Below are positions 24,330 to 32,969 of a stretch of 32,969 bases of DNA, one piece after another. The translations under genes were made by a program, and so were the position numbers. This stretch comes from a virus (Duplodnaviria > Caudoviricetes): positions 1-32,969 of the IMG/VR virus record IMGVR_UViG_3300042527_000210; one strand, 5' to 3'. Numbering within the stretch: position 1 is the stretch's first letter; the number at the start of each line of letters is the position of its first letter. The notes beneath the pieces are model-generated. The model ran no database searches. It was not told the DNA's origin and worked only from the letters and a program-made list of their open reading frames with translations.

Positions 24330-25518
24330 TACACCAGCAAATTATAGTTCCCTTCATGCTGGGTTATGGTTTGTGGTAGGTTCAACAAACACCGCACAAA
24401 CAAACTTCAAATATGTGTGTGATGTGTATATAAACAACAACCTCGTGGCAAGGCTCAAATCCTTTCCTCAACCCGTATCAGCAAAGGGAATATTCAACGT
24501 AGCACCAATAGTAAGAAACTATTGGGCATCTTATTTCAAGCCTAACATTTCTTCTTATAGTGCGTTTCCCTATACAGGAACGGATGTCTATATCGAATAC
24601 GAATTAAAGTTTGGAGAAGAATACGGCGGTGTTACATATACTAACTTAGAAGAACAAAGTGCCTTTGGTTACAACTATGTATTGGATTTTTTATACAATC
24701 CTACCTCAGATGCCTATTTATCGCCATCGCGATACGATAGTTCTTATACAGGTTTCTACTTAACCAATAGAGATAAAACGCAAGTGCAGTTCCCGCAAAG
24801 TTTATTAACTACGGGTACTCTTTATACTTCTTTTCTTAGCGATGCCGAGAATACAACTAAAAACTTATCAATAGATGTAGCGGTATTCAACGGCTCAACA
24901 ACAACCGTATCTGCTGGCTCATCTACCTCATGGAAGGATTTTGCCTTGGTAGATATTTCGCCTCGTGCTTTGAACAATTACATAGGCTCAACGATTATCA
25001 ATTCAACTACCAAGTATTACGATGCTCGCATTAAGATAAATGGTGTTCAAACCGATACGATGCGTGTTAATATATCTTGCACGCAACACGATACCATCCC
25101 ATTGCACTTCTTGAACGCAGTCGGTGGATATGAGACATTTCATTTTACCTTAGTCAATCGCCAAACACGAAACATAGAAAGAACCGCTTTTGAAAGATTT
25201 AACTACGAGTACGAATCAGCCACAACCGCTATGGATATGGTAGATTCTTATGGTCGTTTATATGGCGGTAGCATTCCATTTGCGACAAAGCAAAAGATAA
25301 CATATAGGCTCATTAGTGATTGGGTAAACTTCACCGATTACAATTGGCTGAAAGAGATGATTGCCTCGCCCGAAGTTTATTTAGAGCGCAATGGTCAATT
25401 CGTGCCAATAAATATCTCTACTTCTACATGGACAGAGAAGAAGCGATATGCGGATAAAACTTTTAACTTGGAAATAGATGTTGATTTGGCTTACCAAATA
25501 AACTCACAATTTAGATGA
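24310..25518 (+). CDS. Putative tail tip / distal tail-type structural protein
   Basis: 402 aa beta-rich; FLNAVGGYETFHF...SPEVYL; position in tail module. Confidence 0.65.
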   Translation: MAITINSTPANYSSLHAGLWFVVGSTNTAQTNFKYVCDVYINNNLVARLKSFPQPVSAKGIFNVAPIVRNYWASYFKPNISSYSAFPYTGTDVYIEYELKFGEEYGGVTYTNLEEQSAFGYNYVLDFLYNPTSDAYLSPSRYDSSYTGFYLTNRDKTQVQFPQSLLTTGTLYTSFLSDAENTTKNLSIDVAVFNGSTTTVSAGSSTSWKDFALVDISPRALNNYIGSTIINSTTKYYDARIKINGVQTDTMRVNISCTQHDTIPLHFLNAVGGYETFHFTLVNRQTRNIERTAFERFNYEYESATTAMDMVDSYGRLYGGSIPFATKQKITYRLISDWVNFTDYNWLKEMIASPEVYLERNGQFVPINISTSTWTEKKRYADKTFNLEIDVDLAYQINSQFR

Positions 25519-27668
25519 TAACTGAAATATACATAGAAGATAATAGGTTAGATTTAAGTAAGGATTTATCCAACGAGTACACATATGCTATTGATGATAT
25601 TACCGATTTTGCTTCTCGTAATACGAACTTTTCTAAAACCATAATCCTTCCTGGCAATGCAGTTAACAACAAATTATTCGGTCATATATTCGAATTCAAT
25701 AGTTCCAACTTCTACAACGCACTTGAAAATAACGTGGGTTACAACTTCAACGCAAGCAAGTCGGCAAGTTGTGTTATTTATATAGATAAGATACAAATCT
25801 TCAAAGGCATTATTCGCTTATTAGAGATTACCATTGATAGGGGAACGATAGAATATGAGTGCGTAGTATTTGGCGAGTTGGGTGGTTTTGTTAATGCCAT
25901 TGGGAATAAGAAACTCGAAGAATTAGATTTCTCGGCTTACGACCACGTTTGGAACTATGAGAATATCGCAAACTCTTGGGAGCAAGCAAGTGGCAATACG
26001 GCTTCTGGTTACGGGTATTATTATCCTTTAATTGATTACGGGCAAGTATCTCATGGCGGTAATGCTAACTTCCCAAAAAGGGATTGGAATTTCAAAGCCT
26101 TTAGACCCGCTATGTTTGTAAGGGAATATCTTGAAAAGATTATCTCTGGTGCTGGCTATACCTATGAAAGTAATTTCTTTTCTACCGATTTCTTTAAGCG
26201 ATTGATAATTCCTAACAACCAAAAAGATGTTAAGAAATTTACATCATTAGGATTGTCTGCGGCTGCAAATGTTGACCAATATAATTCTTCTGCTTATGTT
26301 GTTTGGACACCATTAACTTTAGGAAACTTTTCTATCAACGCACCAGATACAATCTTTACTTATAGTTCGGCAACGAGCTTTACAGGTACATTGTCGTTGA
26401 CTTTATTTGGAGAGATATTAACAACGGGAACCATATTTTCTATTGAACTCATAAAAGACGGAGTAGCGATATACAATTATATCGGAGACCCTGTTGGCGG
26501 TAGTTATTTTGATGTAAACGTACAAATAACTAATCAGACATTCTCTCAAAACCAAACACTATACGTTAACATAAACACCGATGTAGAACAATATACAATT
26601 GACGATGGCAGTTTAACTTTTGAATCTACAACACCACAATTTGTAAACATAGGTTACAACGATACTATTGCTATCAATGATACATTACCGAAGGGTATCT
26701 TTCAACGCGACTTTGTAGCTTCGGTTATTAAGTTATTTAACTTATACATTGTTGAAGATAGCATAAACGAAAAGCATCTAAAGATTGAGCCTTTTGTAGA
26801 TTTCTATACAGGCACGTTTAACTTCTTACAGATTGATGACCTTGAAAACAACTACTTAATAGACAATGTTGACCTTTTATTATTAGATGATGAATTTGCT
26901 CAACACTTGGATTGGTCGTATAAGGTTGACCGAAGTAAAGCTATCAAGATTACACCGATGGGCGAATTGAACGGAAGGTATTTTGAATACAAGTACAAAT
27001 CCGACAACGATTATTACAACGAAGATTACAACAAAAGATATAATCAAACATACGGAGATTACATAGAAGATACAGGCTTTGAGTTTTCGGTAGAAAAGCA
27101 AACCGCTGAAATTATCTTTAGCCCTACTGTAATAGTTGGTTACGAAGGAGAGGATAAGCATTTTTCTACTATTTTCAAATTGACCAATACGCAGAATACA
27201 AAGTCAGAGGATATAATGGAATCTAATATCCGTATTTTGCAAGCAAGGAAAATAACAGGTGTACATCCTTGGCATATCCGCAATGGTAACTCAAATGTTA
27301 CTCCCGGTGGTGGCATAACTTATTACGGCTATGCTGGTCACTTAGACAACCCTGATATTCCGACATCGGATTTGAACTTTGGTGTGCCTAAAGAACTTTA
27401 CTTTACGTTGACCAATCAATATCCGAGTGCAAATATGTACAATGCATTTTGGAGTTCCTACGTTGCAGAGATTACCGACAAGGATAGTAAGCTATTAACC
27501 TGTTATATTTATTTGAAGCTATCGGATATATTCTCATTAGATTTTTCTAAGTTGATTTACATTGATGGTTCTCTTTGGCGATTGAATAAGGTTGTTGACT
27601 ATAACCCTACCTCTCCCGCTTCTACGAAATGCGAATTTCTTAAAGTAATTGAATTAACATACGCATAA
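25515..27668 (+). CDS. Putative tail tip / baseplate hub protein
   Basis: 717 aa; FSKTIILPG, YYPLIDYG, WRLNKVVDY; adjacent to tape measure. Confidence 0.65.
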   Translation: MITEIYIEDNRLDLSKDLSNEYTYAIDDITDFASRNTNFSKTIILPGNAVNNKLFGHIFEFNSSNFYNALENNVGYNFNASKSASCVIYIDKIQIFKGIIRLLEITIDRGTIEYECVVFGELGGFVNAIGNKKLEELDFSAYDHVWNYENIANSWEQASGNTASGYGYYYPLIDYGQVSHGGNANFPKRDWNFKAFRPAMFVREYLEKIISGAGYTYESNFFSTDFFKRLIIPNNQKDVKKFTSLGLSAAANVDQYNSSAYVVWTPLTLGNFSINAPDTIFTYSSATSFTGTLSLTLFGEILTTGTIFSIELIKDGVAIYNYIGDPVGGSYFDVNVQITNQTFSQNQTLYVNINTDVEQYTIDDGSLTFESTTPQFVNIGYNDTIAINDTLPKGIFQRDFVASVIKLFNLYIVEDSINEKHLKIEPFVDFYTGTFNFLQIDDLENNYLIDNVDLLLLDDEFAQHLDWSYKVDRSKAIKITPMGELNGRYFEYKYKSDNDYYNEDYNKRYNQTYGDYIEDTGFEFSVEKQTAEIIFSPTVIVGYEGEDKHFSTIFKLTNTQNTKSEDIMESNIRILQARKITGVHPWHIRNGNSNVTPGGGITYYGYAGHLDNPDIPTSDLNFGVPKELYFTLTNQYPSANMYNAFWSSYVAEITDKDSKLLTCYIYLKLSDIFSLDFSKLIYIDGSLWRLNKVVDYNPTSPASTKCEFLKVIELTYA

Positions 27669-29614
27669 TGGCACAAGAAATAGTAGGCTTAAAAATACAA
27701 GTAGATGGTGGCGATGCCGCAAAATCGGTAGGCTCACTTAAACAACAATTAAGAGAAGCACAGAGCGAGGTAACTGCATTATCAGAAAAGTTTGGTGCCA
27801 CATCGGAACAAGCCGTATCCGCAGCAAAGAGAGCCGCAGAGTTGAAAGATGCCATTGGGGATGCTAAGTCATTAACCGATGCCTTTAACCCCGATGCTAA
27901 GTTCCGAGCATTTAGTTCTTCATTGTCTGCCGTTGCTGGTGGCTTCTCTGCCGTACAAGGTGCTTTAGGATTGGTAGGTGTTGAAAGCGAGAACGTACAA
28001 AAAACCTTATTAAAGGTTCAATCCGCTATGGCTCTCTCGCAAGGATTGCAAGCCATCGGAGAAGGTATAGATTCTTTTAAGCAAATGAAAGCCGTAGCCA
28101 TTGATGCTTTCAAGGGCATTAAGGCGGCAATTGGTTCTACTGGTATTGGATTGCTTGTTGTGGCTTTGGGTACTATTGTTGCCTATTGGGATGAAATCAA
28201 AGGTGCGGTAAGTGGTGTAAGTGCAGAACAAGAAGAACTCAATAAAAAGACAGAGGATAATCTAAAAGCAGAAAAAGAGAAATTATCTGCAATAGGCGGT
28301 CAAGAAAATATCTTAAAGCTACAAGGTAAAAGTGAGAAAGAGATATTAAACATTAAGATTAAGCAGACCGACCAAGTAATAAAGGCTACTGAGGAAAACA
28401 TTAAACAACAAAAGATAACTCTTAAAGCGCAGATTGAGGCATCTAAGCGCAATAAAGAAATCTTAGAGGGGATACTTAAATTTATTTCTGTTCCTATTAC
28501 TGCCGTATTGAAAGGGGTTGATTTATTGGGAAAAGCATTAGGAAAAGATTTTGGATTAGAAGAAAAGTTCTTTGGTGGTATAGCTACTTTAGTGTTTGAC
28601 CCCGAAGAAGTTCAACAGGAAGGAGAGAAAACATTACAAGAGTTAGATAAGCAATTAGGAGACCTCAAGAATCAAAGGGCAGGCTTTCAGTTAAGTATTC
28701 AAAATATAGACAAGCAAGCAGCCGATAAGGCATCCGAGGAAAGAAGAAAAGAAGCCGAAAAAGAATTAGAAGAAGAAAAGAAACGCAAAGAAAGGCTAAG
28801 AGAACTTAATCAAATAACCGATGAAGCAAATCGGGAAAGGATTAAGAAAAGAAACGAGATTGATAAAGAGATTGATAAAACTTTCCTTAAAGAAAAAGAC
28901 AAACTTGCTACCGACCAATTAACTTCATTCCAAAAGAAGGTTGACGAGTTAAGGGTAATCAATTTACAAAACCTTCAAAACGATGTAACGCAAGAATTAG
29001 AGATTAGAAGATTAGCCATTAGCGAGCAACAAAGAATAAACGAAGAAAACTACAACAAAGGCATTAGCGATAGAAACCAATACCTCGCAAGAAAGAAGGA
29101 ATTGGATAATGCTGAAATGGCATTAGATGAAGAAGTATATCAAAATAAAATTGCACTTGCTCAAAGTGTAAGCGGTGTTGTTTCTGGATTGACTGATTTA
29201 GTTGGTAGAGATACTGCCGCTGGTAAGGCTTTGGCTATTGCTCAGGCAACCATTGATACCTTTACTTCGGCTTCAACTATCTTTAGACAAGCCGCAAAGA
29301 GTCCGATAACGATTGCTAACCCTGCATATCCTTACTTGATGGCTGCACCTGCGGTTCTATCGGGTATTGCGAGGGTAAAGCAAATCGCTTCGGTTAAAGT
29401 ACCCGGAGGTGGCGGTGCTACACAAGCTATCGGGCAACAAGCCGCTGCGCCTATCGCACCTTCTGCGCCATTAGTAAATACAAGAACGCAATTAGATTCA
29501 ACCACTATTCAAGAAATGGGTAACGCAACAAATAGAGCCTATGTAATTGAAAGTGATGTGACTAATTCACAAGAAAGAATCCGCAGAATCAACAGGGCGG
29601 CAAGATTAGGATAA
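27668..29614 (+). CDS. Tape measure protein
   Basis: 648 aa helical/coiled-coil, Ala/Gly-rich hydrophobic patches (TGIGLLVVALG, KALAIAQATIDT), C-terminal RAYVIESDVT. Confidence 0.85.
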   Translation: MAQEIVGLKIQVDGGDAAKSVGSLKQQLREAQSEVTALSEKFGATSEQAVSAAKRAAELKDAIGDAKSLTDAFNPDAKFRAFSSSLSAVAGGFSAVQGALGLVGVESENVQKTLLKVQSAMALSQGLQAIGEGIDSFKQMKAVAIDAFKGIKAAIGSTGIGLLVVALGTIVAYWDEIKGAVSGVSAEQEELNKKTEDNLKAEKEKLSAIGGQENILKLQGKSEKEILNIKIKQTDQVIKATEENIKQQKITLKAQIEASKRNKEILEGILKFISVPITAVLKGVDLLGKALGKDFGLEEKFFGGIATLVFDPEEVQQEGEKTLQELDKQLGDLKNQRAGFQLSIQNIDKQAADKASEERRKEAEKELEEEKKRKERLRELNQITDEANRERIKKRNEIDKEIDKTFLKEKDKLATDQLTSFQKKVDELRVINLQNLQNDVTQELEIRRLAISEQQRINEENYNKGISDRNQYLARKKELDNAEMALDEEVYQNKIALAQSVSGVVSGLTDLVGRDTAAGKALAIAQATIDTFTSASTIFRQAAKSPITIANPAYPYLMAAPAVLSGIARVKQIASVKVPGGGGATQAIGQQAAAPIAPSAPLVNTRTQLDSTTIQEMGNATNRAYVIESDVTNSQERIRRINRAARLG

Positions 29615-29625
29615 AAAGCTATTTA
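29599..29625 (+). promoter_or_regulatory. Putative late promoter (GGCAAG-N14-CTATTTA, 5 nt before ATG)
   Basis: CTATTTA-GTATT-ATG 29631. Confidence 0.6.
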
Positions 29626-29630
29626 GTATT

Positions 29631-30518
29631 ATGGAAAAAGAATTACCAATATATCGTTTGGATATTGTCGAAGATTTAGAAAGCAACGTAGAAGTAGATT
29701 TCGTTGCCTTAGTAGATAGACCTGCAATTGATAAAGCCTTCTTAGCTTTTCAAGATTCATACTCGGATTATCCTGATGCAGTGAAGAATAACGCACAAAA
29801 TGCCTTAGATTGGGCAGAAGAAAACGGATGGGGTTCGTGCGGTACACCCGTAGGCAAGCAAAGGGCAAATCAATTAGCCAACGGAGAGCCTATAAGTGTA
29901 GAAACAATTAAAAGAATGTATTCGTTCCTTTCAAGACACAAAGAGAATGCCGAAAGTTCGAAAGGCTATGGCGATGGTTGCGGGCAACTGATGTACGATG
30001 CTTGGGGTGGTGCAAGTGCTTTGAGTTGGGCAGAATCTAAGTTAAAGCAAATAGAAAGGCAGAGTTTTGCTATCCAAGATGAAGAAGAAAGAATCATTAC
30101 GGGTGCTTTGATGTTAGCCGACACCCCTATTTACAGAAACGATGGAAACGGAGAATATTATGTGGTATTTACTAAAGACACTATCAAAAAGATTGCTCAA
30201 AAGTATTTTAAGAAAGGCTACCAAAACAACGTAAATTTGATGCACGATAGCGGGCAAGTGATGGATGGAGTTACGATGTTTGAGAGTTGGATAGTAGATG
30301 AGAAAAGGGGAATCAAGCCAATGAAAGGCTTTGAAGATGTTAAAGAAGGTTCTTGGTTTGGTTCTTTTAAGGTTGAGAATGAAGAAGTTTGGAACATGAT
30401 TAAAGACGGCAAGGTTAAAGGATTTTCGGTCGAAGGTATCTTTAATTACTCCAAGCCGCAATCAATAGAGGAAAAGATGATGAGTGATATCATAGAAATC
30501 TTAAATCAAATAGATTAG
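29631..30518 (+). CDS. Prohead protease (XkdF/S78-like) with an inserted domain
   Basis: VALVDRPAI N-terminus; NLMH, FESW, GSWF, VKGFSVEG motifs; upstream of scaffold and capsid. Confidence 0.8.
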   Translation: MEKELPIYRLDIVEDLESNVEVDFVALVDRPAIDKAFLAFQDSYSDYPDAVKNNAQNALDWAEENGWGSCGTPVGKQRANQLANGEPISVETIKRMYSFLSRHKENAESSKGYGDGCGQLMYDAWGGASALSWAESKLKQIERQSFAIQDEEERIITGALMLADTPIYRNDGNGEYYVVFTKDTIKKIAQKYFKKGYQNNVNLMHDSGQVMDGVTMFESWIVDEKRGIKPMKGFEDVKEGSWFGSFKVENEEVWNMIKDGKVKGFSVEGIFNYSKPQSIEEKMMSDIIEILNQID

Positions 30519-30543
30519 GTTTTTCATAGTTTGTTTAGGTTTG

Positions 30544-30572
30544 AAGGGGGGTGTTTCTACACTCCCCTTTTT
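30544..30572 (+). terminator. Intrinsic terminator
   Basis: AAGGGGGGTGT-TTCT-ACACTCCCCTT followed by T run. Confidence 0.8.
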
Positions 30573-30578
30573 CTATGT

Positions 30579-30606
30579 GGTAACTTACAATCTTTTATAC
30601 TATTTA
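30579..30606 (+). promoter_or_regulatory. Putative late promoter (GGTAAC-N15-CTATTTA) for scaffold/capsid
   Basis: Directly after the terminator; 14 nt before ATG 30621. Confidence 0.65.
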
Positions 30607-30620
30607 TGGTTAAATTTTTT

Positions 30621-31172
30621 ATGACTGCACAAGAAGCACTTTTGAAAATCAAAGCAATGTTTGCCGAGGCTCAACCCGAGGTAGTTGCCGCTTCCTTTGC
30701 CGAGTATGTTCTCGCAAGCGGAGCCAAAGTAATGATTGACAAACTCGAACTTGGCGGTAAGGTTTCTATCGTAGATGAGGCTGGCAATGAAGTTCCCGCA
30801 CCTGCTGGAGAGCATACGTTGGCTGATGGCATCGTTATCACTCTTGATGAAAATGCCACTATCGTAGAGATTGAAACTCCCGAAGTTCCTGTTGAAGAAC
30901 CCGTAAGTGAAGTTGAACTCCTGAAGAAAAAAGTTTCTGAAATGGAAGCACAACTTGCCGATTACGGAAAGAAAAAAGATGAAGCACAAGTAAAGATGGC
31001 TGAACAAGCAGACAAGTTCTCTAAAGCAATTCAAGAACTGACTGATGTTGTTATCGAACTTACTAAAACTCCATCTGTACAACCCACCGAACCTAAAGAG
31101 GTTTTTAACAAGCACTTTGAAAGCAAGAACGACAAGATTTCACGTTTTCTCAATTTGTACACTAAGAAATAA
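30621..31172 (+). CDS. Capsid scaffolding protein (183 aa from ATG 30621)
   Basis: PAPAGEHTLADG motif, acidic coiled coil, directly before the capsid gene; the track's 30531 start would run through a terminator. Confidence 0.75.
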   Translation: MTAQEALLKIKAMFAEAQPEVVAASFAEYVLASGAKVMIDKLELGGKVSIVDEAGNEVPAPAGEHTLADGIVITLDENATIVEIETPEVPVEEPVSEVELLKKKVSEMEAQLADYGKKKDEAQVKMAEQADKFSKAIQELTDVVIELTKTPSVQPTEPKEVFNKHFESKNDKISRFLNLYTKK

Positions 31173-31200
31173 TTTTTCAAACAATTAAAATTTAATAACA

Positions 31201-32142
31201 ATGGCTTTTGATGTTTCAGCATTAGCAAATTATACCAAAGAGAACGAAGCTCTATTGGTAACTTCTTCCGTTCTCGGAAGCAAAACCGCTTCTTTGATTA
31301 AATCTCAAGGAAACGTAATGGTAGGTGTAAAATCTGCCGAGACCATCAACATTATGGATACTGACGCGATTTTCCAAAGCGGTGGTACTTGCGGTTTCAA
31401 TGCCTCAGGTTCTACTACTTTCACTCAACGTACTGTAACTGTTGGTAAGATTAAAGTTAACGAATCTCTTTGCCCTAAAGACCTTGAAGCTAAATATCTT
31501 CAGAAGGCTCTGCCCGAAGGAAGTCGTTACGACACAATCGCTTTCGCTGCCGATTATACCGACAAGAAAGCTACTCGTATCGCTTCTCAATTGGAAACTG
31601 CTCTGTGGCAAGGTGCTACTGGTTCAGCTAACGTAAACCTTAACAAATTCCAAGGTTTGGTTACCCTGATTGGTACTTCTGCCGTAGAAGCAAACAATGC
31701 TACCTATTATGGTGGTACTGCCACTTCTATCACTACTGCCAACGTAGTTGCTATCTTCGATGCTCTTTACAAGGCTATCCCTGCTCAAGTAGTAAGCAAA
31801 GATGATATGACTATCTGGTGCGGTCAGGATGTGTTCCGTACTTACACTATCGCATTGAAGAATGCTAACATGTTTAACTATGCCTTCGATGGTAAAGCCG
31901 ATAGCGAGTTCTTCTTGCCCGGAACACCTATCAAGGTTGTAGCTACTCCCGGATTGAATGGTGTAAACAAGATTTATGCTATCCGTTTGAGCAATATGTT
32001 CCTCGGAACCGACCTGCTCAACGAAGAAGAAAGATTCGAACTTTTCTATGCCAAAGAGGCTGACCAAGTTCGTTTCGTAAGCGAGTTCAAGATGGGTGTT
32101 AACGTAGCCTTCTTGGATGAGATTGCTTCTTTCATTATCTAA
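31201..32142 (+). CDS. Major capsid protein
   Basis: 313 aa after protease and scaffold; strongly biased codon usage, A-rich leader, followed by a terminator. Confidence 0.88.
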   Translation: MAFDVSALANYTKENEALLVTSSVLGSKTASLIKSQGNVMVGVKSAETINIMDTDAIFQSGGTCGFNASGSTTFTQRTVTVGKIKVNESLCPKDLEAKYLQKALPEGSRYDTIAFAADYTDKKATRIASQLETALWQGATGSANVNLNKFQGLVTLIGTSAVEANNATYYGGTATSITTANVVAIFDALYKAIPAQVVSKDDMTIWCGQDVFRTYTIALKNANMFNYAFDGKADSEFFLPGTPIKVVATPGLNGVNKIYAIRLSNMFLGTDLLNEEERFELFYAKEADQVRFVSEFKMGVNVAFLDEIASFII

Positions 32143-32149
32143 TTCAAAG

Positions 32150-32180
32150 GTGGGTAATCTTTCGGGGTTACCCACTCTTT
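32150..32180 (+). terminator. Intrinsic terminator / stabilising hairpin after capsid gene
   Basis: GTGGGTAATCT-TTCG-GGGTTACCCAC then TCTTT. Confidence 0.8.
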
Positions 32181-32203
32181 AATAACTCTTAAAAATAATT
32201 AAA

Positions 32204-32716
32204 ATGGCTTGTGCTTTAACACAAGGATACACACTCGATTGTCGCGAAAGTTTAGGCGGTATCAAAGCGGTATGGTTGATTGCTCACGCAAACGTGAGTT
32301 CAGTAACCGAGGCTTCTGGTATCGTTTCTGCTATCACGAAGTCAGCGGGTAAGGTATTCTACAAATATGAGTTGGTTAAGAATACAGGTGCTTTGACTGA
32401 AACCATTACTTCCTCTGTTGAGAATGGTACTGTGTTTTATGCTCAAGAACTTTCAATCGTTCTTAACAAACTGCAAGCTAACACAAGAAACGAAATCTTG
32501 TTGTTGGCAAAAAATACATTGATGGCAGTAGTGCAAGATGCTAACGATAAATATTGGTTGTTAGGTCGCTTTACTGGCTTAGATGTAACAGGCGGTACTG
32601 CCGCTACTGGAACGGCTCAAGGCGATAGAAGCGGTTACACTCTTACTTTCTCAGGTGGAGAAAAAGAACTTGCGCCCGAAGTAAATAGCGGGATTATTGC
32701 AGGCTTAACCTCATAA
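32204..32716 (+). CDS. Major tail (tube) protein, putative
   Basis: 170 aa beta-rich, GGIKAV start and GYTLTFSG end; biased codon usage; followed by a terminator. Confidence 0.7.
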   Translation: MACALTQGYTLDCRESLGGIKAVWLIAHANVSSVTEASGIVSAITKSAGKVFYKYELVKNTGALTETITSSVENGTVFYAQELSIVLNKLQANTRNEILLLAKNTLMAVVQDANDKYWLLGRFTGLDVTGGTAATGTAQGDRSGYTLTFSGGEKELAPEVNSGIIAGLTS

Positions 32717-32748
32717 GGCTTTCGTAGTTCGTTATAGGTAGGTAGATT

Positions 32749-32781
32749 AGAGCCATCCCTTTCGGGGTGGCTTTTTCTTTT
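32749..32781 (+). terminator. Intrinsic terminator
   Basis: GC-rich hairpin AGCCATCCC-TTTC-GGGGTGGCT followed by TTTTCTTTT. Confidence 0.85.
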
Positions 32782-32808
32782 GGTAAAATGCGAGTGAATT
32801 TCTATTTA
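32782..32808 (+). promoter_or_regulatory. Putative late promoter (GGTAAA-N14-CTATTTA, 5 nt before ATG)
   Basis: CTATTTA-GTTGT-ATG (32814 = position 6). Confidence 0.65.
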
Positions 32809-32969
32809 GTTGTATGATATATCTTAATAAAGGGCAAACGAATACTATTATATTCACACTCAAGGAAAAGCAGACATTAGCTTCTCCTAATTATTTATTT
32901 GTATTTACGCATAGGGGTAGCAATATCGTGCGTAGTTTTGTTTTATTACAAGCGGCAAATATCTCGGCT
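32809..32969. repeat. Terminal direct repeat, right copy
   Basis: 161-nt copy of 1-161 with one mismatch. Confidence 0.97.

Noticed and set aside
30531-30620. Extended N-terminus of the scaffold ORF in the track
   Set aside because: Runs through a terminator and the promoter motif; ATG 30621 is more plausible.
30600-32175. Long antisense ORFs (171 aa, 183 aa) opposite scaffold and capsid, and similar shadow ORFs elsewhere
   Set aside because: Expected shadows of biased codon usage in the sense genes; no start context or protein-like features.
1-32969. Stop-codon reassignment
   Set aside because: Genes are full length and densely tiled in the standard code; TAA, TAG and TGA all end genes; no suppressor tRNA.

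Overview
The window looks like one complete, circularly closed genome of a small tailed dsDNA phage, probably a siphovirus. Bases 32809-32969 repeat bases 1-161 with one synonymous mismatch, giving a unit length of 32,808 bp. The host is inferred to be Bacteroidota, from A-rich start contexts that mostly lack Shine-Dalgarno sequences and a TAnnTTTG promoter element. A minus-strand early block (10713-16231) encodes an ERF annealing protein, an SSB-like protein, NinG, a replication initiator, several tiny peptides and a tRNA-like element with a shortened anticodon arm. A plus-strand block starting at 16516 encodes a sigma-like factor, a GIY-YIG/NUMOD3 endonuclease, two glycosyltransferases, an LpxA-like acyltransferase, ParB-N, TerS/TerL, tail and head genes, and (across the join) portal, tail fibre and lysis genes. 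No integrase, repressor, DNA polymerase, reverse transcriptase or CRISPR array was recognised. The most interesting signals are non-coding: (1) an HDV-ribozyme-like nested double pseudoknot just after the terS stop codon; (2) a structured RNA candidate of about 300 nt with its own promoter between terS and terL; (3) a bipartite late-promoter motif (GGTAAA-N14/15-CTATWTA), three times exactly 5 nt before an ATG; (4) late 3-prime UTR/terminator elements complementary to early-gene start codons; (5) a -1 frameshift site with a long dual-coding region; (6) the truncated tRNA. All product calls come from motif recognition by eye, not from database searches.
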